A stretch of DNA of 40,808 nucleotides. Source: an archaeon (GTDB taxonomy: Archaea; Iainarchaeota; Iainarchaeia; JAFGOX01; DATDTB01). This document shows, one piece after another, positions 9,415 to 16,170 of this stretch. The stretch spans positions 1-40,808 of the forward strand of contig DATDTB010000045.1 of NCBI GenBank assembly GCA_035291025.1. Direction: 5' to 3'. Each line of letters begins with the position of its first letter. Position 1 is the stretch's first letter. A program made the translations under genes and the position numbers. Under the pieces are notes generated by a model. That model made no database searches. It saw only the letters and a program-made list of their open reading frames with translations, and had not been told where the DNA came from.

Positions 9415-9509
9415 TTTTCAAGAACGCTTGCTTTTCGCTTTGCGGGCGGTTACGGAGGTGAGTTACCCCTGCAAATTTTTCCTCTTTCCGCTTTTGCGGG
9501 CCTAACTTT

Positions 9510-10616
9510 TCAGTTGCCTGTTGGGAGCCCTCTTAGGAACTCCATCAAGACCTCGTAGTACTGCCCCATTCCGGCAATGGTGGCGTACTCGTTCAAGGAG
9601 TGCAGGTTCTTGCCCTCGGACCCGAAGACGACTGCAGGGATTCCATTCGCTGTCAGGAACCGCATATCGCTGGCGCCGAACTTTTCCACCAACGCGCACT
9701 CCTTTCCAGTGACGCGCTCGCACGACTTTTTCAGGAGCTGGATGTACTTGTTTTTTTCGTCGTTTTCCAGCATTGAACCTTCTTCCAAGACCTCTACGTC
9801 AACGCCTCCAAGCGCCTTGACCTTTTCAACGAACTCCTTGGAGTCAAAGCCTTCCACGAAGCGAACGTCCAAGAACATTTCAGCGTGGTCAGCTACCTTG
9901 TTGACCGCGTCTCCCCCGCTCATCTTGCCCAAGTTAAGTGTGGTAACCCACGCCTCTTCCTTTGGCCCGGGAAACCAGGACTTTATTTCCTTGAATTTTT
10001 CCATCAATGACTCGATGGCGTTGACTCCCTCCCACGGCTTCGAGCTGTGGGCAGCAACTCCCTTCGCGGAAACCTTGACCCACAAAACCCCTTTCTGGCG
10101 AATGCATACTTCCAGCCCCCCAGTAGGCGCGGTGTTCGGCTCCGCCGCCAAGGCAAACCTCGGCTCGTACCCGATTTCATTGAACAAGTACGCGCTCCCG
10201 TCATACCCGCCCAGTTCCTCGTCAGAGACAATCATTAACGCGGTGCTTGGCTTTTCCTTCCACGAAGCCAGGTCCTTGAAAGCCTTCATGAGGCACGCCA
10301 CGCCAGCCTTCATGTCACATGAGCCGCGGCCGTAAAGCCTCCCGTTCTCGGTTTTCGGGGCAAAGAACGCGTCAGGCGCTTCCACGACGTCAACGTGGCC
10401 GTTCAACAGGATTTCGGGTTTTTTCGAGCCGTCAAAGGAAACTACCATTGAGGGCTTTCCGTTTTTCTCGAACCGAGCCACGACGAACTCGGGCGAGTCA
10501 AAGTAGGAAGCGACGAAGTCAACGCACTTCCTTAACTCGGAGTGGTTGTCCTTCGTTGTCTTGAAGGCCATGAGCTTTTTCGTCAACTCCAGTATTCCCG
10601 CTTCAACTTCGCTCAT
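9510..10616 (-). CDS. M20-family metallopeptidase (ArgE/DapE/LysK-like deacylase)
   Basis: 368-aa ORF containing LLNGHVDVV, GRLYGRGSCDMKAG and SDEELGG, which are typical M20 metal-binding motifs. Confidence 0.85.
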   Translation of the reverse strand: MSEVEAGILELTKKLMAFKTTKDNHSELRKCVDFVASYFDSPEFVVARFEKNGKPSMVVSFDGSKKPEILLNGHVDVVEAPDAFFAPKTENGRLYGRGSCDMKAGVACLMKAFKDLASWKEKPSTALMIVSDEELGGYDGSAYLFNEIGYEPRFALAAEPNTAPTGGLEVCIRQKGVLWVKVSAKGVAAHSSKPWEGVNAIESLMEKFKEIKSWFPGPKEEAWVTTLNLGKMSGGDAVNKVADHAEMFLDVRFVEGFDSKEFVEKVKALGGVDVEVLEEGSMLENDEKNKYIQLLKKSCERVTGKECALVEKFGASDMRFLTANGIPAVVFGSEGKNLHSLNEYATIAGMGQYYEVLMEFLRGLPTGN

Positions 10617-10656
10617 TTTTTTCCCCGCCTTGAAGTCAATTAAGGCATTGAAATGG

Positions 10657-10664
10657 TTTTAAAG
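10657..10664 (+). promoter_or_regulatory. TATA-like box TTTTAAAG 27 nt upstream of the HAD hydrolase start
   Basis: Position and composition only. Confidence 0.35.
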
Positions 10665-10690
10665 CAGTTCACGGGTTAACTGGAGTTGGA

Positions 10691-11371
10691 GTGATTTTCG
10701 TGCCAGCCGGCTTTGCAGGGAAAAAATTCAAGGTCTTGGCGTTCGACTTCGACGAGACGCTGTTGGACAAGAAGTCGTTCGACTACCCGTTCTGGTTCGT
10801 CGAGCTCCCGGACAGGGTGTCGAAAAAGCAGAGAATCCCGTTCACTGACGCGTTGTACTTGGTCATTGACGCGTTCCTCAAGCTGGAGTCGTGCGCGGAC
10901 TGGTACCGTCCGAGTCACTGGTTTTCCTTTTTTCACTTGAGGGACGACTGGCGCCAAGCGATAAGGAGCATGGACTCCCGGGCGCGGTTTTACCCCGACG
11001 TAGTGCCGACCCTTAAGGCTTTGCGGGCGAAAAATAAGTACAAAATAGTCGTCTTGTCCAACTCGATTACCGAGTTCTTGGACAAAAAACTAAAGGACAC
11101 GCGTTCGCGTGGCTTGTTTGACGCGGTTTACAGCGCCATCGACGACTTCGGGAACAACAAGCGCCACGAAACCTTTGAGTTCTTTGCCCGCAAGATGAAG
11201 AAAGACTACGGCGTGGAAAAGCACGAAATCTTGCACGTGGGCGACAACTACGAGGAAGACTACGAACTGCCGAAAGAGCTGGGGATTCCTAGCCTGTGGA
11301 TCAACCGCGGCATGAAACAGGAAGGAAGGGACACTATTCACTCGCTAAAAGAACTGCTCGACTTTTTTTAA
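10691..11371 (+). CDS. HAD-superfamily hydrolase
   Basis: Contains motif I (LAFDFDETLL), VVLSN, and motif IV (HVGDNYEEDY). The start is a GTG, so the exact start is uncertain. Confidence 0.8.
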   Translation: MIFVPAGFAGKKFKVLAFDFDETLLDKKSFDYPFWFVELPDRVSKKQRIPFTDALYLVIDAFLKLESCADWYRPSHWFSFFHLRDDWRQAIRSMDSRARFYPDVVPTLKALRAKNKYKIVVLSNSITEFLDKKLKDTRSRGLFDAVYSAIDDFGNNKRHETFEFFARKMKKDYGVEKHEILHVGDNYEEDYELPKELGIPSLWINRGMKQEGRDTIHSLKELLDFF

Positions 11372-11375
11372 TGCG

Positions 11376-11396
11376 TTTTTGAGAATTAGTTTTTTT
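11376..11396 (+). terminator. Oligo-T tracts (T5 and T7) just after the HAD stop; candidate archaeal intrinsic terminator
   Basis: TTTTT at 11376-11380 and TTTTTTT at 11390-11396, in the 26-nt gap between convergent genes. Confidence 0.4.
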
Positions 11397-11397
11397 G

Positions 11398-11886
11398 CTA
11401 GCCGAACGCGCAGCAGTTAACTATTATATCTGCCTGGTCACTTATGGTTTTGCAATAATCCCCTAGAGTTGTATCTAGGGAAAGTTTCTTGCTACCAGAT
11501 GCACCTTCTCCGTTGCTACTGTCCGGTTTGGCGCAAGATGTTGCTATTGCTTTGTATTGGCTGCCATAGTGTGCGCAAAGTTGGTTGGGGCTTGACTCGT
11601 CACCATCACAGTCCCCAATGCATTCGTATATTACCGAAAAACAATCAGTGGTGGCAATCTTTATTTCACTCAAAGGATGCCCCTGCGTTGCGGTCGCCGC
11701 CTGCAAGTTCAAGACGTTTGAGGGGTCGTCTCTGGGGTCTGACGCGAAGAAGACTTTCTTTAACTCCGGCCCGCTTGAGTAGAGCGTGAACGCTGAAACA
11801 GCCAGGACTCCTAGGAAGAAGAAGGCGTTCAATGCCGTCAGGATGGCTAGTTTGCTGCCTTTTTTGCCTTTCTTGTTTTTGTCCAT
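11398..11886 (-). CDS. Small (162 aa) N-terminally anchored or pilin-like Cys-rich protein, paralog 1
   Basis: The N-terminus reads MDKNKKGKKG/SKLAILTALNAFFFLGVLAVSAF. It has 8 Cys and ends in ...IIVNCCAFG. It shares the block KVFFASDPRDDPSNVLNLQAATATQ with the adjacent gene. Confidence 0.7.
   Translation of the reverse strand: MDKNKKGKKGSKLAILTALNAFFFLGVLAVSAFTLYSSGPELKKVFFASDPRDDPSNVLNLQAATATQGHPLSEIKIATTDCFSVIYECIGDCDGDESSPNQLCAHYGSQYKAIATSCAKPDSSNGEGASGSKKLSLDTTLGDYCKTISDQADIIVNCCAFG
11684..11762. repeat. 79-nt block nearly identical to 12242-12320 (copy 1)
   Basis: Hand alignment gives 4 mismatches in 79 nt. The flanking gene sequence has diverged at the nucleotide level. Confidence 0.85.
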
Positions 11887-11922
11887 AACAATTACTTTCC
11901 CGAACTCCCTATGTTCTTGTTT

Positions 11923-12447
11923 TTATGGTAAGCCGCAGCAGCTCACTACTGAGTCGCCGCCGTCGGTGTCGTTGCAGAAAAAGCCAAGCGGGTCGTCAAA
12001 ACTGCCTTCTGCTTGGCAATCGTTGTTTCCACTACCATTAACACCGCAATCATCACCAGGGTCTTCTGTGTCATCGCACGCTACTGCTGTTGCAAAAGCG
12101 TTTTGTCCAAAAAACTTCTTGCAATACGCGTTTGGCGAGGCCGGTTCTGAAGTGTTTTGGAAACCACCTGGTAGGCACTCCCCGTTGCACTCAATTTCAA
12201 TTCCACTGCACTTTCCAGTTATTTCGGTCCAAGGGTGGGATTGTGTTGCGGTCGCCGCCTGCAAGTTCAAGACGTTTGAGGGGTCGTCTCTGGGGTCGGA
12301 TGCGAAGAAGACTTTCCTTAGTTCATGGTTGTTTGGGTAAATTATTGCCGCAGCCAGGCCAAGAACTCCTAAAAAAATCAGTACGTTGAAAGCGGTTATT
12401 ATACTTAGCCTTCTTTCCACGCCCTGGCTTGTTTCGCGGCTAACCAT
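11923..12447 (-). CDS. Small (174 aa) N-terminally anchored Cys-rich protein, paralog 2
   Basis: TM segment LSIITAFNVLIFLGVLGLAAAIIY. It has 10 Cys and ends in ...SVVSCCGLP. It carries the same FFASDPRDDPSNVLNLQAATATQ block. Confidence 0.7.
   Translation of the reverse strand: MVSRETSQGVERRLSIITAFNVLIFLGVLGLAAAIIYPNNHELRKVFFASDPRDDPSNVLNLQAATATQSHPWTEITGKCSGIEIECNGECLPGGFQNTSEPASPNAYCKKFFGQNAFATAVACDDTEDPGDDCGVNGSGNNDCQAEGSFDDPLGFFCNDTDGGDSVVSCCGLP
12242..12320. repeat. 79-nt block nearly identical to 11684-11762 (copy 2)
   Basis: See copy 1. Confidence 0.85.
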
Positions 12448-12491
12448 TAATACTAACTCTCTAGTGAGTAAATAAAAACCTTTTGCACGCC

Positions 12492-12968
12492 TCAGCGTCT
12501 TGCCTTTTTCCTTTCCTTTGAGCCGGGTGTATTGTGAACGCCGTGCATGCTGTTTCCTAGCCTTTTCCCTGTTTTAGAGTCGTAGGCGGTGCTCCTAACA
12601 GTTGACTGGACTTGGCCCCTTTCCAGGTTGCCGCCGCGCATTGCCGCGTCAACTGCCACGACGAACTGGCCCGCTTCAGGGGTGTTTGCGTGGGCCATTT
12701 GCTTGGCCTCAATTTTCAAGGGCCTTCTGAACCTTTCACTCTCGACGGTCATTTTCGTGTTTTTCCAGTCAAACCTCGCGTCGCCTGGATATAAACCCGT
12801 TCCGCTCCTCCTGACGCCGGTGACGCGAGCTGTTTTGGTTTTAACATGCAAGAACTCGTACTTTTCAGAGGGCTTTCCACTGAGGTTGTCCCAGAAGCGC
12901 AAAACCCGCTCCCTTAACTTTCCAAGGGGCGCCTCGCTCAAGGGCCTCCACTTAGCACTGCGCGCCAT
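12492..12968 (-). CDS. Hypothetical basic protein (158 aa)
   Basis: Only substantial ORF at this position, with an ATG start and an A/T box (12988-12999) 20 nt upstream. No family recognised. Confidence 0.5.
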   Translation of the reverse strand: MARSAKWRPLSEAPLGKLRERVLRFWDNLSGKPSEKYEFLHVKTKTARVTGVRRSGTGLYPGDARFDWKNTKMTVESERFRRPLKIEAKQMAHANTPEAGQFVVAVDAAMRGGNLERGQVQSTVRSTAYDSKTGKRLGNSMHGVHNTPGSKERKKARR

Positions 12969-13040
12969 TCATGTAAGCAGCTTGTTTCTTTTTTTAAAGC
13001 GTTTTTTCTCCGCGAAAAAACAAAACAGGAAAAGTGAGAG

Positions 13041-13223
13041 TGGTCGGGACTCTGGGATTTGAACCCAGGACCTGGCGGGTTCCGCCCCCCGCGCGAATTG
13101 CGCGGTGGTTTTATTGGAACTTGGCGCTTCAAAAAACCCAGATTTCCATCAAGGGAAACGGTAATTGAAACCCGAGCCCCCAAGACTACAGCCGCCCGCT
13201 CTACCAAGTTGAGCTAAGTCCCG
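13041..13223 (-). tRNA. tRNA-Tyr(GUA) with a ~106-nt intron in the anticodon loop; CCA encoded
   Basis: Minus-strand read: CGGGACT-TA-GCTC-AACTTGGTA-GAGC-G-GGCGG-CTGTAG[intron]...CCGCC-AGGTC-CTGGG-TTCAAAT-CCCAG-AGTCCCG-A-CCA. The acceptor, D, anticodon and T stems all pair. C1-G72 plus A73 matches archaeal tRNA-Tyr identity. Total length is 183 nt against about 77 nt for the mature tRNA. Confidence 0.75.
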
Positions 13224-13282
13224 TTCCACTCGCTGAAGGGAAAGTAATTGGGTTGTTTTTTTAAAAGGCAAGGGCTCTGCCT

Positions 13283-13600
13283 TCACTGCGGCGCGGCTTC
13301 CTTTGGTTTTTCGCCTTCGTGTTTTGCAGGCTCTTTTTGCTGGGCCTTCGCGGCCTTTTCCGCCTGCTTGCGTGCGTCGTTTGCCTCCCTGTTCTTCTTT
13401 GCTTCCGCGGCAGCGAGTTCCTTTTGAGCCTTTTCCTCTTCCTGCTGTTTTATTACTTCCCTGGACTTTTGCTGGGCTTCCTGTTCCAGGAAGTGCAGTG
13501 AGGAATACCAGCGTTCTTGCTTCATTAACCCGAACTTTCTCTCGCTTTCCTGGGTTTCCTTTGACTGAGTCTTCTTGTGCACGAACTTAGTCTTTGCCAT
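13283..13600 (-). CDS. Hypothetical Lys/Glu-rich protein (~105 aa)
   Basis: The ORF is 13283-13639. I prefer the ATG at 13600 (MAKTKFVHKK...) over the upstream TTG. The charged low-complexity C-terminus means its coding status is not certain. Confidence 0.45.
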   Translation of the reverse strand: MAKTKFVHKKTQSKETQESERKFGLMKQERWYSSLHFLEQEAQQKSREVIKQQEEEKAQKELAAAEAKKNREANDARKQAEKAAKAQQKEPAKHEGEKPKEAAPQ

Positions 13601-13698
13601 CTGAAAAAACCACCCTTTCACATTGAGATTAAGCAGCAACCTTTAACCGCTAAAAACCGTAAGCAGAACTGCGTGGAAAGGCAATAAATAGCTTTTGG

Positions 13699-14967
13699 CT
13701 AGCGTGATTGAGTGTGTTCCCTTGCCATTTTCCCAGCCAATTCCTCCAGCCCTTGCCTTTTCACTTCAGCCTCAAACAGCCTTGCAAGCGCCGCCCCGTC
13801 TCGTCCGTAAACCCTTTTCAGCATTTCAGTTACTGCCTTCCTGTTTTTGTCGAAGTTGCCCGCCGCAGTCCGCGCATTCACAGGCGCGGCTTTTTTCTCA
13901 AAGGTGTCAATGTACACCACGCTGCCCGAGTCGTTCAGCCCCCAGTTGCCTATGTGTCCGTCCAAGGCAACCCTGTTTTCGAGGGCTTTCCTGAAAATCC
14001 CCACCAGTTCCGGGACTTTTTCGCCTATTATCAATGGACTCCAGTGCGGAATGAACAAGTGCGCCCTCGTCTTCCGAGCCTGCTGGAACTGCTCGCGCGC
14101 CTCTTCCCTTGCCTCCTCCCGTGCGTGTTCTTTTTTCTGTATCACGCGTAGTAGTTGCTCTCGCACCTCGCGGGCCTTGGCTTCCACGAAACCGAAAAAG
14201 CTCTTCGGCTTGCTTTCCGGCGTGTTTTCCCTGCGAACCGCCAGCTGGTGTTCCAGTGCTTCTATTTGCCTTGAAATCTTTTCAAGTTCATCCGTTTCCA
14301 TGTTGAGCAGGTTTCTCCGGGCGACGAGCGCGTGCCCAGTGCCTTCACTGCGGGGCGCCCGCCGCTTCAAACCCTTCTTCAAGGCGCCGTTTAGTTCGAG
14401 GACTGCCTGGACGTAGCCCTTGGGCGCGTTTTCGCGCGGAGCGTGGGTTATTTTTTCCAACTCGACTATTCTTTGGAGGAGCTCCGCCGTCTCCAGTTCA
14501 AGTTCTTGTTTTTTCAGCTCCAAAAAAGCCCGTTCGACGCGCGCCTTGACCTTGTACTCGCGCAGGTTTTGAGTGTTGAACGTGTGAACCAGTGGAGTGA
14601 TTCTTTCAACGGCGTGCACGGGCGCCCCTGACAAGTCCACAAAAGTGAAGCGCCTCCCTGGCACCGGAACGTTTTTCTCGAGGAACGCGTGTTTTTTGGC
14701 GTGCTGCCTGGCCACTTGGGCTGATTCCGGGAAACCGGTTTCTTTCCCACGTGATTTTAGCCTCTTTAAAACCATTTCCGGGTCTCGGCTTCTTTCGACA
14801 ACGAATGCCTTGCCCTCACCCAATGGCAGTCCGAGCCTGTGCTCCGGCGCCTGCAAGCCTTTTTGCTGCCGCTTTGCTGCCTGCGCTGGAGCGCGTCTTT
14901 CAATGGAAAACTGGGGGATGTGAAACGAGAAAGTCCTTTGAATCACGCGCCTTTTCTGTGAGGCCAT
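13699..14967 (-). CDS. Hypothetical 422-aa protein with a central coiled-coil; possible divergent kinase-like lobes
   Basis: Long ORF with an ATG start and an A/T box 22 nt upstream. The central part is heptad-like and E/K/R/L-rich. LGEGKAFVV...MVLKRLK lies near the N-terminus and LDGHIGNWGLNDSGSVVYIDTFE near the C-terminus. Confidence 0.65.
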   Translation of the reverse strand: MASQKRRVIQRTFSFHIPQFSIERRAPAQAAKRQQKGLQAPEHRLGLPLGEGKAFVVERSRDPEMVLKRLKSRGKETGFPESAQVARQHAKKHAFLEKNVPVPGRRFTFVDLSGAPVHAVERITPLVHTFNTQNLREYKVKARVERAFLELKKQELELETAELLQRIVELEKITHAPRENAPKGYVQAVLELNGALKKGLKRRAPRSEGTGHALVARRNLLNMETDELEKISRQIEALEHQLAVRRENTPESKPKSFFGFVEAKAREVREQLLRVIQKKEHAREEAREEAREQFQQARKTRAHLFIPHWSPLIIGEKVPELVGIFRKALENRVALDGHIGNWGLNDSGSVVYIDTFEKKAAPVNARTAAGNFDKNRKAVTEMLKRVYGRDGAALARLFEAEVKRQGLEELAGKMAREHTQSR

Positions 14968-14988
14968 CCAATAAAAAACCGCTAAGGG

Positions 14989-14998
14989 ATTTTAAAGC
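14989..14998 (-). promoter_or_regulatory. TATA-like box (TTTAAAAT on the minus strand) 22 nt upstream of the 422-aa gene's ATG
   Basis: Position and composition only. Confidence 0.4.
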
Positions 14999-15044
14999 GT
15001 TAATGCCTCGGCTTCGCGACCAAGAATTAGAACTAGGAAGAGTA

Positions 15045-15120
15045 TGGCGCCCTCGGCCGGATTTGAACCAGCGACCTTCCGGTTAACAGCCGGGCGCTCT
15101 ACCGACTGAGCTACGAGGGC
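15045..15120 (-). tRNA. tRNA-Asn(GUU), 76 nt, CCA encoded, no intron
   Basis: Minus-strand read: GCCCTCG-TA-GCTC-AGTCGGTA-GAGC-G-CCCGG-CTGTTAA-CCGGA-AGGTC-GCTGG-TTCAAAT-CCGGC-CGAGGGC-G-CCA. This folds as a canonical cloverleaf. Confidence 0.9.
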
Positions 15121-15229
15121 TTTTTGTCTTCACTTCAAGCGCTTTTCAAGAAATCGCGTTTCCCTGCTTTTGAGTAAAAGGCTAAAGTGTTTTTATTACT
15201 TTGTCTGAAATGCATTGGAAGGGGGTTAG

Positions 15230-15931
15230 CTATTTCCCGAACCTGCTCTGTGCCTTCGCGTAGTACTCAACCGCGTCCTTGAAGTCCGCTTCCTCTACTT
15301 CAGGCCAGAGCTTTTCCGAGAAGTACAACTCTGAGTAAGCGCTTTCGTACGTCAAAAAGCCTGAAAGCCTCTTCGTGTCCCCTGTGCGGAAAATAAGCTC
15401 TGGAAAGCTCATGGGCGAGTAAAGGTAACTGGGGAAGGACTCCTCGGTTACGTCCTCCAATTCTATCTTGCCGTCGCGGTATTCCTGCGCAATTCTCTTT
15501 GAGGCGTCAACGATTTCCGCCCTGCCAGTGTAGGCTATGGCGAAGTTGAGCGTGCGCGGGTGGCCTTCAAAGTCTTCCTCTGCTTCACGCATTAAATCCC
15601 TCAAGTTTTTCGGCAATTCAGACAGCCGTCCAACGAACTTGGGCGTTATTTCGTGTTCGTCAAAGAACTTTGTCTTTATGGCGTCCTGTATTTGCTTCTT
15701 GAACAGCCTCAAAAGTATTGAGAGCTCGGCCTTGTTCCTTTGGAGGTTTTCCAGCGAGAGCGTGTAAAAAGTAACTGTTTTAATGCTTGGATATCTGTCC
15801 AGCCATGTCACCGCGTCCTGGGCTTTCCTGACGCCTTGGCTGTACGCCTGCAGGAGTGAAACGTTGTGCTTGCTGGCGTAGCGCCTGTTGCCGTCAGGGA
15901 TGATCCCGACAGAGCTTAGTTTTTGAGTCAT
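15230..15931 (-). CDS. uppS: Cis-prenyltransferase (undecaprenyl/di-trans,poly-cis-polyprenyl diphosphate synthase)
   Basis: Contains GIIPDGNRRYA near the N-terminus, plus RTGDTKRLSGFL and YSELYF, which are UppS family motifs. Confidence 0.9.
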   Translation of the reverse strand: MTQKLSSVGIIPDGNRRYASKHNVSLLQAYSQGVRKAQDAVTWLDRYPSIKTVTFYTLSLENLQRNKAELSILLRLFKKQIQDAIKTKFFDEHEITPKFVGRLSELPKNLRDLMREAEEDFEGHPRTLNFAIAYTGRAEIVDASKRIAQEYRDGKIELEDVTEESFPSYLYSPMSFPELIFRTGDTKRLSGFLTYESAYSELYFSEKLWPEVEEADFKDAVEYYAKAQSRFGK

Positions 15932-15956
15932 GAGTGAACTCCTTTAACTTGCTTGA

Positions 15957-15966
15957 TTTTAAAAAG
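15957..15966 (-). promoter_or_regulatory. TATA-like box (CTTTTTAAAA on the minus strand) 26 nt upstream of the uppS ATG
   Basis: Position and composition. It overlaps one copy of the repeated 12-mer TTAAAAAGCATT (15959-15970; second copy at 16045-16056). Confidence 0.4.
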
Positions 15967-16170
15967 CATTGACTTTGCGGGCGCGCGCGGAAACGCCCTG
16001 CTTTGCCGTTGCGCCGTGCTTCTTTGATTTAGCTTCGTTTTTGCTTAAAAAGCATTACTTGAAAGTTTCAACTCTTCACTAAAGGCGTGCCTAAGAGTTT
16101 TTATATACCTTTCAGCTTAACGTATTGCGCTCTCATAGTTCCATGGCAGTTGAGTGAACGTGATGCCTTA

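Noticed and set aside
9577-10335. 252-aa + strand ORF antisense to the M20 peptidase
   Set aside because: The M20 motifs on the minus strand are clear, and the + frame is S/P/T-rich antisense noise.
13090-13165. Possible C/D-box sRNA inside the tRNA-Tyr intron (TTGATGGA ... TCTGG)
   Set aside because: The C-box-like element has a mismatch to RUGAUGA. There is no CUGA D box at the 3' side and no convincing C'/D' pair.
12448-15229. tRNA-flanked stretch of unassignable ORFs as a possible integrated mobile element
   Set aside because: I saw no integrase, recombinase or capsid-like gene, and no direct repeat of a tRNA 3' end. The promoter architecture is the same as elsewhere in the window.
16087-16170. 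GTG-initiated 28-codon extension of the ATPase (MPKSFYIPFSLTYCALIVPWQLSERDAL)
   Set aside because: The extension is hydrophobic and odd for a cytoplasmic ATPase, and it contains a strong TATA-like box. I did not fully exclude it, because a weaker A/T box sits 34 nt upstream of the GTG.
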